Source: Antedon mediterranea (taxonomy: Eukaryota > Animalia > Echinodermata). Taken from it: a DNA stretch of 64,000 nucleotides. Below are positions 22,801-37,800 of the stretch, one piece after another; position 1 is the first letter of the stretch, and every line of letters starts with the position of its first letter. The stretch covers positions 32,494,437-32,558,436 of the forward strand of contig NC_092672.1 in assembly GCF_964355755.1 (NCBI RefSeq), given 5' to 3'. The notes below the pieces were generated by a model. It was not told the DNA's origin, did no database searches, and was given only the letters and a program-made list of their open reading frames with translations. Both the position numbers and the translations under genes were made by a program.

Positions 22801-25800
22801 GCTCATGGATGTAGAATAAGCTGTCTTGTGCAATATACTGTTGGCAAAAATATGACATAAAGCTTTAACACTAGCAAACTTTATGTGACAAAAAAATGTG
22901 ATGTGCCCATGGACATGTTTCATATCATTACCATATTTGAGAATATCACTACCATATTTGGGCACATCACACTTTGTTTGTCAAACTACTTTGATAGTGT
23001 AGACAGAGCTTAATATCTTGTTGATAGTACATATTGCAGTAGAACATCTCCCTTTCTGTGAAATGAACAAAGGGCAGTATATTTCGAACACTACAGCCGA
23101 CAACTATTCAGGGGACACCTTTTTAAAGAGACACTTTATATGGACTTTAAGGTGTCCATTTAAGCTCCGTTCCCACTTGGACGAAATGCAAAGACGCAAT
23201 CCAACCGTAAGTAATTTGACCAACCATGACTCGATGAATCATCCAAACTGTTGATTGTGATGTGCCCAAATATGGTAGTGGAGTTGTGGCCTGGTGGTTA
23301 TGATGCTTGGCTGTCAATCCAAGGGTCCTGGGTTCAAGTCCTGTCATATGTCAGGATTTTTTCTAATGACAATTTACAACTCCACTCCCAAAGACTTGTA
23401 ATAAAGACTTTGTTTATGTAGAGCATTGTGTGTATATGTTTGCCACCTTTAAGAAGGATAGTGATTGAATTTGCTTATCCTTCTTATGGTTATCCTTGGC
23501 AATTTGCCTAAATATATAAAATAAATAAATAAATAAAATAAAATAAACTCCTAATCTTTATAAAGTTCTATTGTATTGGTAGAATTTTGTGAATGACAGT
23601 GATAATAATTGGTAAAATAATCAATAATGAGGTATATTGTTTTTGTATTTGAGAATAAATTGCAAAAATGTGCAAAAGCAAACAAAACAACAAATGTAAA
23701 TTTAAAAACTATATAGCAACAGAAACTATTATATTTTTTTTGTAATATCGATTTTTGCCAACTGGAAACATTATTGCAGATATAAAACTATTTTATTTAA
23801 ACGAGCAACACTAAAAAGCATAATTTGTTTCATGTAACAAAAATTGAAAAGCAACAGTATAAATAATGTTTATGTATTAAAAATAATGTTTACTGTGTAT
23901 TACCTTTGGTTTAACAAGTCCATTTTTTACATGCTTTCAGAAAAAGTAAACAAAATCATTTGATGTATTTATTCTTTAAACAGATACATAAATAAAGTAA
24001 CCCTTAAAATTATAGCATGCACAAAAATATATGGACTTCTTAAATAAGTTTTTATTTTTCAATATTAATTCCTTTCTCACACCAAGAAGACCTATAATCA
24101 CATAAATTGATTGAACTGTACAGCGTGGTGTACCGCGTGGTACAACTTAAATCGCTTTCTTTCTATATGTAAAAATTATTTTTTTAAAGCCGATTGAGAA
24201 TGGATTGAGACACAATGCGCTAAATAGATGAGAATTAGACAGTCATATAAGAATTATATTATAAGAGTTACAGTCAACTTGAATATAAGCCCCATTTTAA
24301 AAAGATCGCCTTGTTCACCATATACAGTGGTGGATGCAGGATTTTGAAATGGGGGCTGGGGGGCGGGGAGTAAACAAACAGTGGTGCTCAGGATTCGCTT
24401 CTAGATTAGTGATTAAAATTGTACGAAATATTAGGAGTGCATATAGAGGGGCATAATTTGCCCAGCATCATAGTAATGCGCGTGTCACATGTGATGCATA
24501 TGTCACACTGTATTACACAATTTATAATATTAATTATACATAAAATACTGAGAATCATCAATAAAAAAAGAGAATTTCTCTTACTTGTCTGAAATCATTA
24601 GAGACGTCTATAAGATGGACTTGGTTGCCACAACCGCACCAGAGAGTCTTCCCGACGGAGAGAATGGATGTGACGGGATAATGACCCAGCTCTATGATCT
24701 TTGGTTCCTTCACTTTCCATGCTCCATCGGCTACAAGAAATACAACAATTCAAAATCAACAACATCTGGACAATAGAGTAAAGTTTGGCAGTTTTCAAAA
24801 TGTTAAAAATTGTTTTTATGACATCAGACAACTGTCACTGTCTCACCTGTATTTCTGGAGTAAACAAGTACACTGCCATTGTCCTGTGCAACAAACACCT
24901 GGTTATGCAAATACATTAATGATGTGACAGGCTTTGGCACTTTGAAACTTGATATACTTTTACTCTTATCCACACCAATACTATTAAAGATGAATATTCT
25001 AAGAAAAAAAGTAAAAACAAACTTACAAAATTAATATTTATTCTAATATTTGGTTCTACTAGAAAGACTGTTGGTCAATTTAAAGATATATTGTCCTCCT
25101 ACACACTTTTTTTCACATTTTTTTTTAATATGCCATTTTTATGTCACATAATAGTTATTCACTTTGACCAACAAACTGGATTGAAAAAAAAAAAATTATT
25201 TACCTAACATTAACAAAAAAAAATAAATTAATAAAAAAATCCCTAAATTTTCTGTCAGACAATGGTTTTTGGTTAAAATTAAACATTTCTTTTGTCTTTT
25301 TATAAGTGAAATAATTATTTTTTTTTGTTTTTTTACAAAAGTGAATAACTTTATTAAAACTGCAAAATGGCATATTTAAAGCCTGATTTTATTAATCTTC
25401 AATTTTCATGTTTTTGGGGGACAATACATCTTTAATGTTTATCCTATTTACTGTCCCAAAACGCACTAGCTAACCTACTTACTTGCCCTTATCGTCCGCA
25501 ACCCACACAGTCATCCATGGAAACCTAAATTCATGGTGGTCTTGCTTGTTTGAAAACCGGTCCTGCCGGTAACCTGGAACATATTCCATGCATGACACGT
25601 TATCAATGTCCTTCAACTCAAATGTCTCAACGACTTGCGGTGTCGGATGCTGGAAGCCGATTAAACTCATAAACAGATTGTGACCGTTAGTACTACATAT
25701 CCATAAACAGTGCTTTGCGGCGTTGCTTTCCATGGCTTTCGTTCGACGTAAGCGACTTGACTCAACTGGACATAAAACACTGCATAGAACCTGCATTTTA

Positions 25801-28800
25801 AAAATGGTGAACATCATTTACTACAGACAAATCTTGCAATGATCCATTACATCTTCTCTTTTAAAGAATAAAATCAGAAATGAGACAAAATGACATTAAG
25901 AATAAAGGTCGCCAGTCACTTTATAAAAATCCGTTTTCTAACTATGGGAAAATGAACAAAGACCATGGTGATATCTAGTATAATTGCTGGACTGGAATTT
26001 CAGGGTTTTATTTTTAACAGACCCAACACCAACAATTTCTATTCAATTTTCAAGAAAATGATCTTGTCCATATAAATAAAATAAATATAAAGAAACATGA
26101 CAACAAAAAAATGGCACAACAATCAAGACAAAAAAATAGATAATTAAAAAAGTATGTTTAAAAATTTGCTTTAAAATATATATAAAAATATTAGGACCTT
26201 TGTACATTTGAATTAAAACTATGAATGCGAATTTGTCTAGAAAGTGATGTTATTGGTGATAAAAGTCAGATTCCAGATCTATCAAAAATTGTAGGAATTG
26301 TGTAAAGGACCATAGTAGTGGATGTTCCTTAAGTATACATGACTTGGATATACCTTAACTGTTTGATTGGTAGCTGTTGTGAAGACAGGGAGATGGTTAG
26401 ACAATAGTGGAATTCCAAATTCCATATCTGCATGGACCTCGTCATCTTCTGATATGTGCCAACCAGGGTTGTTGTCATCTTCTGCAAGACACACAAGTTA
26501 TGATAGTTAAATTAATGTGATTGCTGCCCTCTATAAAACAACTTACTCTTTTTTAAAAATGCAAATGTTCGTATTTACTTATCATAAATTTAGCAGACGT
26601 TCCAACCCCCTCCCAATTTTGGAGGTTTACGCATTATTTGACATGCTTTAACGTATATAACACGTTTTTAACTGATTTTATGCAGTTAAACTCATAAAAA
26701 TACAGTATTTTAATGTTTATCAGAGGTGCCTTGTGCATTCTAGCAACTAATCGGATGTAATTATACATTAAATATAGAAATAACCTTCTAAAAAACCGAA
26801 TTCAGACATTAAACGTGGGTTTGAAAAATATTTCTATCTAAAATAAAAATTGTGTTAATATTCGGGAGATTGTTGGATGAAAATAGGGAGGGTTTAAACA
26901 TGATTTAGAGTACAGAAATAACAATCCAGTCCAGTTTTTATATTTCCCTCTATTGCAGTTATTTATGACTTACTTAATCCAAGCTTCGCATTCTCCAAAG
27001 CAGTTACCCAATCAAACTTAATCTTTGCACTAACAGCATCAAATACTATAGTTACTCTTTTGTTTCTGAAAAAACAAATTTTGAAAGTTTAAAAAAAAAA
27101 TCATCTTTTAAATAATCTATAACAGTATTACATTTTTGTCCACAAAAATCATTTTTAACAAATAGGAAAATGGAAAAAAAAAATTATGGAAATAAAACTT
27201 TGATGAGGTATACAAAGCACACATTTGCATTCAGTGCAACATTTATGTCATAAACGAAATAAAGTAGAACACCTCTTTTGGGACCCCTGTTCAGGGGACA
27301 CCCAATCGAGACAACTTCCCTTGAATGTGGATAAATATATATTTCAACAGGGGACATCTCTATTATGGGGACAATTTTTTAGGTCACAAAGATCTCCCCT
27401 TAACAAGGGAGCTACTGTATTATAAATATAGTGTATATGGATTGAATGGAATATATTGAAATGTGGTAAATTTTATATATTGATAAATATTGATAGATAT
27501 TGATAATTTCGAACAATTTCAAAACACACAGCGATCAATGAAGCAAACAATAAAGACCAACTTACGCAGATGAGCGGTAAGTGGGAAAAAATAGAATCTG
27601 TGTTATTTCTTAATGACCATTCAGAAAACGTGAAGCAGATGGGCAGTTAGAGTGGAAACCTGCTCAGGGTAGATATAGATTCTATGTGGGATTTTCCACT
27701 TACTGTTACCGCTCGTCTGTGTAAATTGGTCTTTAGAAGGTACATGTTTAATTTTACTGATATGCAACCATGGTGCAAATATAGTTTAATGGTGCAATGT
27801 GAAATACAAAAATGACCTGAACACTTTGACCGCCAGCTATTTAATGTATTCTACTAGTCACAGATAAAAATGACCTTAACACTTTGACCGCCAGCTATTT
27901 AATGTATTCTACCAGTCACAGATATAGCAATAAAAGTTGAACTTGATTCTCTAAAAGAAATATACTTTTCCCCCAATTTGAAGCACTTTGGAAGACAAGC
28001 CTAGAGGGTTAGTTCCCCAGACAGCTAACTGATCATGTAGCCTCTTCAATTTGCTGTTAATATTTTAAATTTACTCAAGAAATATAAAATAAAAAAATAC
28101 ATAGGAATTATAAATATAATGTGATTTTATAGGTCTGACTCATGATATTATTGGCTTTATAAGCTGAAAACTAGTAAAAAAAAAAATTTAATATGATAAT
28201 ACATAATTTAATATTTAAATATATATATTTTCTATGCAAAGCTATTCCAAACAGGACTACTAAAACTATTAAGGGGACAGCTTTGGGGCAGAGGGCAGAA
28301 ATCACAAAGCATCCCCTTAATAGGGGTTGAGATCTGTGGCGGTCAAAGTGTTAAAACAAACTATTTAATTTGTTATACCCTTTTTGACACTTAGCTGCCA
28401 TTGCGCAATCCAAATCATCAAGGCTATATAGAGAATACATAAGAAACACAAACATAAAATAGGTACAGAAATATTTTTAAATTCTAATGAAAATGTTATC
28501 AAGGGGGCACTAAACAATATGGTGCCCCATCAAGTACACTATTAATAGTGGCCTACAAACTTTAAGATTCTGAAACAAGTAGTATAATTTTATAAAAATA
28601 AATTCTTCAAAGGCGGATTTAGAAAAGAGGTGGTAAAATCAAGGGTGCTCCCCTTCCCTTATATTTTATTTGGAAAAACAAATACATAAAACGGGCAGGC
28701 TGTTGATTGTGAATCCCCCTAAGCTCTGTCTACATTTATATCAAACTTTATATGACAACAAAATTTGATGTGCCCATATATGGACACGATGATATCATAT

Positions 28801-31800
28801 CACTACCATACTTGGGCATATCACTACCATATTTGGGCACATCACACTTTTTTTTGTCAAACTAGTTTGATGCCATACTAGAAAATCCTATAATATAATG
28901 AGAGCGGATACTTACATTTCTATTGCTGGTAGAGATAATTGTATTTTATTAATATCTGCTTGTTTTATCTCTCGACCTTTCTTTTCTATCAGTTTCTGGA
29001 TGACCCCCGTCAGATCTGTGATATCACTTTTGTTGAAAATACCATAAGAGCCCTGAAAAACACAAAATAACAATAATAATAAATATTTTACCTCCGTCAA
29101 GGAGGTATATGTAATTGGTAGCGTGCGTGTGTTTGTTTGTTACTTGGTAAAAAGAATTTTGCCAAGTATAGTATTTACTTTGTTTGCTTGTATGTTTGTT
29201 TGTTTGTTTGTTAGCACGATAGCGCCTACAGTTTTCAAGTTATCGTTCTGAATTTTTGGGTGTATATAGGTATATACTTTCAGACCATGCCTATTGAAAA
29301 TCAACAAAATTGGTTTATTAATAACTTCACAAATAACAAAAATGATATTACAGCGAGCAGTCTTAAGTAAACTGTAATTGCATTTTCTGGAGAACAACTT
29401 GTCCAAAAAACTTCATTTTTTAACAAGAGGCAAGAGTTATAATTTGTGATTTGTAATTTTAAAACATAATTTGATTTAATGTGCACGTTTTTTGTGATGT
29501 GAGTAGTTTAAAAAACCTATTTCTTTTCAAATTCACTCGTTTGATTCACTTGTTGCTGTTCTATTGTTAGTCAACTGAAGCTATTGTTAATTGAAAGGCT
29601 TGAATACATAACCATTACACCAAACTAGCATACACATGCTTGTAGTGAAATTAGCCTAAATCACACACAGCATTAAGACACACACTTTACGGTGACTAAA
29701 TCTGATGTAGAAGAATGTTACAGTAGGCGGAGGTATGCATTCTCGGAGTGGCTTTCTAGTTTACAATGTTATATTTGTTTGTTTTGTATAGTACATGCAA
29801 GGAAAACCACAGCGTTGTATCTGCTGCACAGGATGAATTTGAACAGTGGTGTATTACTGCTATGAGCACTCACTGACTAAACCCAGGGGCCTTTGAGCTT
29901 ACATGGCCCCGAGCAGGGTCCAGAGAGTTAAAATATGCAGAAAAAGGCTAAAAACTCCAGCATTGTATAGGGCCACCACGTCCCTGAACCAGGGACCTCT
30001 GCATTTGAATCGTACCATTATCAACACATGGCTTATGAAAATGAAAATTCTTTGTAGTGATAACTTTTTGGCAAAAATGACAAATTTCCAAATTATGTAC
30101 CTATTTTTTTTCTTTTATTTGTATTTTATTTATTTATTCATTTAGCACTCATTCAACAATACATTTAAACTACATAAACAAGGAATAAGTACAACAAATT
30201 GGGGTTTAAAAATGTATAAAACCACAGTGAATGAATGCAAGGACGACCCATAAAATCGACAATTCAATTTATTTCGGAGATGTGAAAGTGAACAAGGATC
30301 ATAGTAAGACATATAGAAGTGTGAAGGACATAATAAATAAAGGTAATATGAAAAAGTACAAATATAAATATAAAAAGTAAAATGCAGCAATATCACCAAA
30401 CCGGAATATATTATATTATTCTTAAAAATGGAAATGTCCAATTTCTAATGTCACCTTTAACGTTCCAACCAGCGCCGTTATTTGATTCACTACGGCAAGA
30501 TCGTGCATATTGTCGTTTCTCTCTTGATACAGTTGCCGTGCACTTCCACCAATCAGATACTCTGAAACAAAAATGAGCAAAAATAATTAGAAGAGCTCTA
30601 GAAATCCTATAATTGTTAGTCAAATATTTCCATACACTTTAGATCTCTCTTGAGTTTTGTAATAAAGAATCAAAGAATCACATTTTTGAACATTTATCTT
30701 TAATAGCCACATACCTGAGGAAATACTTGGCGTATGGCGATTAAAGTTTGTACAACTATTTATTACGTTATTACAGGGCAATGACCACATTAAGTACACA
30801 CAGTGGCAATATTCTCATAAAACTGTAACTGTTCTGTCAATAATTCATTTAGAGTATTTTCAACTTTAACAATTATTTTTTATCAAATTTGTTTGTATGG
30901 ATATTTAGACTGTCAACTGTTTCTTAACAAATGTGGTTTGTGTATGAATTGATATGAACAATTGTGACAAAAAGCTCTGTCTACACTATCAAACTAGATT
31001 GACAAAAAAAGTTTGATGTGTCCAAATATGGTAGTGATATGCCCAAATATGTTCATATATGGGCACATCACATTTTTTGTGAGTGTGATAATGTAGACAG
31101 AGCTTCAGGACATATCCAAACAAAAGGAAGAATTTAAGAGAGGAATTGAGACACAACTGGCATTTATCAATATTTGCTTATATTTTTGCTTAAGCTGAAA
31201 TATTTAAGAAGTGCTTAAGCAAATAACTTAATCTTATTTATCAAACCGTCTTAGCAATGTCTTAGCAGAAAAATTGTCTTAGGTAAATTTTACTTTGCAC
31301 ATGCGCAAAATTAAACTCTAGAGGGCAGCAAATTATGTCTTAAGACGAAAAATTCTTGCTTACGCATGCGCATTAGCTTTTTTCTCTTAGCGATGGCGGC
31401 GCTATAACATTTTATCTCCGTATTTTCATTCCCAACAAGATAGGGTGCATTCTGGCTACTATTGTTTTTATTACTTGAAATAGAGAAAGAGCACAACAGT
31501 CGGAAATACATACGAAAATCATTCGCTCTAAACTTAAATCAAATCAACATTTATTTATTTTTATCAATGACAGCGACCCTTGGCAGCCGATACAGTTTTC
31601 TAAAGGCTAGTCAATTGGGTCGTACCTATCCCGAAAATATTAGTTTTGTTCGTCCAATTTCTAGGCCATCTTTGTGAAGATCGATATCGTTATTTCAGCG
31701 TCCGTAGTACAGCGTAAAACGCCTTAGCGTAGCCTTTCCGAATGTTCAATGTTCCAGCCTAGCGCGCTCGCGTTGTCAAAAAAGAATGTTTCTGTTGCAG

Positions 31801-34800
31801 AAATGAGATAAGACGAAATTTTTCATCTTAAGGCAGGGTGTTTTTCGTCTTAGATTTAAGACAAAATTAAGCAAATTTTTTTGCTTAGATATATTGATAA
31901 ATCTGACTTAGGCAAAATCAAGGATTTAAGGCAAAGTTAAGACGATTTTTTTGCTAAGCAAGTTTGATAAATCCGGCCCCTGGTGCCTATATAGCAAATA
32001 TACATTGTATACTAATAGAGTCAATACAGTCAACTATCCCAATACTGAACACCCTTGGGCTGGCCTAATATTTTTTTTATTTTATTTTTATTTTATTTCA
32101 TACTCATCCAACAGCGAGTAACCCGCCAATTACAGGATGGATAAACTATTTAATAATTTCACAAGACAAACATATACACAAGATGCTCTACATAAACAAA
32201 GACTTATTATTAAGTCTTTGGGAGTGGAGTTGTAAATTGTCATGAGAAAAAAACCCTGACATATGACAGGACTTGAACCCAGGAGCCAAGCATCATAACC
32301 ACCAAGCCACAGCTCCACTCCGGAGTCTGGTTTTCTGGAAAGTATGGTATTCCGAATGTGTCTTTTATGGTAAAAATTTACTTATTGGACCTCAAGAAAA
32401 GTATGTTTTTGGGAGAGATTCTGGTTTTCAGAGATTCAGATATTGGGAGAGTTGACTGTACTCTCTCATTGCAGTAAAGCAAGGTAATTTGTTGTAACTG
32501 TCTCACCATTTTCATCAATCTGTGTAGTAGTAACCATGCTACCTGGTTCCAAGGCAACCTCAATTTCTCCTCCTTCTAACGACGGTTCCACAATCTCTAC
32601 ATCTTTTAATGCAACACTCCATTTATGCCTGTATTTTGGCATGTCTTGATTTTGAACTTTCGGTCTTAAATAAAAAAAAAAAAAATGTTTTGCTATAAAT
32701 TTCAAGTATTATATATTAGGTAACATTTGGAAATTTCTTTTTCTAAAGTCATATTAGGTGGTGGGAAATAACCTTCACTAATAAATAGTTTTAATTGCTA
32801 CAAAAGGTCATTAGTACCTGGGGTATATTTTAATATAAAGTTGTCCAGAAAGCTTAAACTTACTTGTGTACTGTAGTACATACTAACAGGTCATTGAACA
32901 TGAATAATCTTCGTTCACGGCACTTTATTACACTCCCCTGACTGTTGTACGTCTATTAATAGATAATGAAAATATATTGATATGCCATCTTAAATTAGAG
33001 CATCGGCTGGGGGAGCCATTTATCGTTAATCTTTCATTATGAATTTAAACAATACATTAGGAAATATTTAATGAAATGATTTCTTTAATATGAAACAAAT
33101 GTTATTACATTTAAAACAACTATTTAATGTATAAAACTACACTAAGGTGACAAGACTGTGACATGACATGTAAATAAAGAAGTGACAAAAACAGTAAACT
33201 AATAATGAAATAGAATATTATTAAAATAATAATAACACATAAATATAAAAAAATATATAAAAATAATATGCAATTAAAGAAAGTGAAATAATATTATACT
33301 ATAATTATTACAACATTATAAGGGATTATATTATATGGAAAGGCATTAAAAATGAAACTAAAATGGATGAAATCTCTATTTCATTTATTTATTAAATAAT
33401 AGAAATACATGCACTCTATTTATTATAGAAGGGGAAAATGAATGGTGATTAAACCCTCTATGGACCACGGCAGCCTCAGTGCAGCGCCTATTATGAGTAG
33501 GAAAACAGGGGGATGATCCACTACTCTTTTCTAGTTGTGTGTATTTTATGTACATGGGACCAATGGCTTTACATCCCAATCTGGTCAATAGGACAACACA
33601 ACCAATATGACACAGACTCACATTCTTGTCTTATTCCTTACAATTATGCTATATTGCTCTCAAAGTGACTTTAATGAAGGTAAAGTAGAGAGAGTGACAT
33701 TGAATTTAATTAACCTAGGGAGTGACATTGAATGTGATAAAGATAGGGAGTGACAGTGAATATGATTAACTTAGGGAGTACCATTGAATTTTATTAACTT
33801 AAGGAGAGACATTGAATAACATATCTTGAATAAGGGAGAAACTGTAAACCCTTTTTTCTCATAGCCTAATTTTTTCCAGTAAAAAAAACCCATTTCATTA
33901 ATTCAGCTGCACATTTTAAAACAATTGAATTGCAAAATAATAAAATTTTCAAAAAGAAATTGGCTTTCCAGTAACAGTTTAAAAACTTAGTTAATGAAAA
34001 AAATAAATTGAGAAATAAAGCAAAACCCCATTAAGGGGACACATTTGGGACCAAAAAGTGTCCCCTTAATAGAGATACCCTCTGAAAAGGAGACGTGTCC
34101 AAAAGGAGGGGTCCTATTGCAGGATAAACAAATTAATGTCTTAAATGTAAAATCTAATATACTTACTTCAGACTAAAATAGGAAAAAGCAGAGAGAGAGA
34201 AAAGAAAAAGAATACTATTATCTATCAATATTAAGAATAAGCAATACACATAATGTTAATATACAACTTGCCCTACAACCACCTTTACCTACAGATCTGC
34301 AATTAAGGATATTTTATAATCTTTTATTAAAACAACTGATTGATAAGTGTAGATTCCCGATACAAACATTAAATTAATTATAATATGCCATTCTAACTTT
34401 CATTATCTAATCAAGGTTAATTGTCATTTTATATTTATATATTTGTAAATTGTTATATGTATTCTGAACTCTCTGAATGGGGGAGCAACACTAGTTCGCA
34501 AATACGTAGAACAAAAATTGATACGACCGCCCGGGATCTCCGAAGAGATAGATTTTAAATGTATATAATATACAAGAATAGAGAAACTCTTAACTGCCCA
34601 TTGATATAGTGGAACTGTACTATTAAATCAATATAGCTCTCCTTATATCTTGTAAGATCTTTTATTTGTATTGTAATTTTAATGTTTTCTCTTCATTTCT
34701 TGAGCATTTTGAATAAATTGATTGAATTTATACCCGTCTGTATAATCAAATGCGAGAATAAAACTATGGAGTCAAAAGAACATCAAAAAGGTAATAAAAT

Positions 34801-37800
34801 AGAAGCCAACAATCTACTATCCCTGGACAGGAATCGTTAAAAACAGCGAAGATAAATTCATGTCAAGTTTACGCTTCCACCTGCTCTTGACAAAAACCTG
34901 CCCATTGGCTATATCTGACCTTCGACATTTACGATCCTCTCGACAGGTCTTGACAAAGACCGTCAAAGTGAGCACGTAGATTATTAGAAAATATATTAAA
35001 AAATTATCGGACTTACCGTCTGCAACATGTCGTCTTGACGTACAAGCCATCTTTGTTTATCGTTACTTGACTGTGGAAAGTGGATAACATTTTACGTTTT
35101 ATTACTACTATAAATTGTCACATCTTTTAGGTTACATTTAATCTAAATGTCACACAAACAAAGGGTAAATTAATCATATATATTAAGTGTATGATGAAAG
35201 TAGCTATATTTAGTTTCTTTCTTTAAATACAGATTCAACTTAGGAAATTGTTTCCATATCAATTATTACACTTATATACAGTAGAAGCATATTATGGGTG
35301 GGAGAAAGAAAACATTTTTCTTTTATTGACTTATTTTACAGAGTTACAGTATTGTCATATTATAACAAGAAAACAAAATATTCGAATGAAGTTTGTTTGA
35401 AAGCATTTAAAAACAAACAAAATGTAAAAAAAATAGCCAGAATTGTGAGTACCAGTTGTGTAGACTATATTTTCAAACGAGGTTCAGCACAGTATAGGAA
35501 GAAGAAGATGATGATGATGATGATAATGATGATGATAATGATGATGATGCTGATGATAATGATGATGATGATGAATACCATTAAAGTAGCATATTATGGG
35601 GTGGGAGAATGGTATTTACAGAAAAGGTTAAACATTTTACACTTAAAAACATCTAAAACCACATCTTAATCTCTGTATACACTATCAAACTAGTTTGACA
35701 AAAAAAGTGTGATGTGCTCAAATATGGTAGTGATATGCCTAAATATGATAGTGATGTGACATCATCTTGTCCATATATGGGCACATCAATTTTTTTTGTC
35801 ATATAACGTTTGATAGTGTAGACAGAGCTTTTGCAATACACTACTAACCTTTGTACTAAACTTAACATTCAGATTCTTAATCAGTTGTTTGACCTCATGT
35901 CGTTGCTCACACTGTCGTTTCCTCTCGTTTAAAACCCCCGCCAACGTTTCTAATTTTGTTAAGGCAAGTTGTAGTGGCATACGGTCCGAGTGGCCTGTTG
36001 GCGTATTTTTTAACATATCCTGAAAGAAACCCCAAAGAATTGTCATATTAATTACAAAAATTACATCATCTGATTAAATTTTTCCACTTGGTATATTTTA
36101 AGATCTTCGACTTGGCATAATTTTATTTTCGCCACCCCTTGAAGATTAGGATTGGAGAACTAAGCTCATTTGTCCCTTCGATGTCAAAACTACATAACTC
36201 TTCATTTACAGATACGGATAGAAGTTAAGGTAGTGAGTAGTCATATCATGTATTTTTAAACCTACTTTGAATAAATTAATCAACTTGGTTTGCAATAACA
36301 GGTTTGGTAATAGATTACAATCATCGATAAAACTCTAATTCTGGTTTTTTTCTCTACATTTCCTACATTTAATTTAGTTTTAGGCTTTTGAAATCTTTAA
36401 ATGAGTCTGGTTGTAAAAAGCTTTCTTAATAAATGTATTATCCCCAAAAAAATGATAAATTAAGATTAATAAAAAAAGGCCAGTTCACAGTTAATCACTT
36501 CCATAGAAAAAAAACATTTAAAAAATAATGTTTTCAAATATAAAAAAAACAAAATATACAATACAAAATCCATTGACTTCTAGTCAATTTGACTATTTTT
36601 TTTGCTTTAAATTACAGTTTTTTCAGGTAAATTATTTTTTCCCACCCATTTTTAGTCAAAGTGAATAACTATTATGTATTAAAAAAATAGAAAATATTAT
36701 TTAATAAAGTCTCTAAAAAGGGGGGGAAAATGGCATATTCAACAAAACATTTAAAAACAATTTTTTTTTTGAGGGAGATATATTTTGTTAGTAGTGATTC
36801 AACGAATGGTTTGTATAACAGCAGAATCCATTTTTATACTTTTATTTAGCTGCTATAAATTTTTTCCAAAGTAAATATTTTTTATTACAGTTATTTCCTA
36901 GAAATATGTCTCTCGATTCCAAAGCTAAAGCCAATTTAATTTATTTATTGCAAACAAAACATTTTTAATTACAGTTATTTCATAGACATATTGCTGTTTC
37001 TCGATTCCAAAAATAAAACCAAATCGAATATATTTTTGCAAACAAAACACTTTCAAATTATAGTTATTTTCTAGACAAATCACTTTCTCTCGATTCCAAA
37101 AATAAAACCAATCTAATTTTTTTTTCAAACAAAACATTTTTATTACTTTCATTTCCTAGACGTATCTTTGAGTTTCAAAAATGAAAAACAAACGCAATTA
37201 CTGTACTCAAAAGTTCATAATAAGGGAATTTAACAAATAATTGAAAGTAATATTAGTGATTTCTCTGTAGAGCCTTTAAACTGGTTTGACATTGCCTTAG
37301 AAACAAAACAGCAATACAAATTAGCAAAATATGTGTAGTAACATTGGATAAAAAAATAAATTTATCAAGTGTTTTGCATTTTTTGGAAAAACTAATGATT
37401 CAATTTAAACTTAGAATGAACAAAAAGAAACAAAATAAATTTTAATAAAAATTATAGAAAATACAATAAAAATCAATTACTGTATGGCGCAAACATTTAT
37501 GTTTGTTTTTATTTTATTTATTTTGAGAAAGTTTAATAGCTTTTCTATTTCTAAAAAATTTCCATAAATTATAATCAAAGAATGTTTTCTTTTATGATAA
37601 CAATATTTTTTTTAACCATTTTTTATTACATATTTTCTTACATATTACACATATTTTAATTAGTACAAACAAAATCAGAAATATAAATTCTTGAGAACTA
37701 TTTTTAAAACAAGGTCAATACTAGAAAAAGAAAAAACATTGGATGAGACCTGGTTTAGAAAAAGATGGAAACATATAAAAACTGCTGTTTTTACAGCTGT

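Noticed and set aside
35298-35669. Poly-Met protein
   Set aside because: ATG microsatellite in an intron
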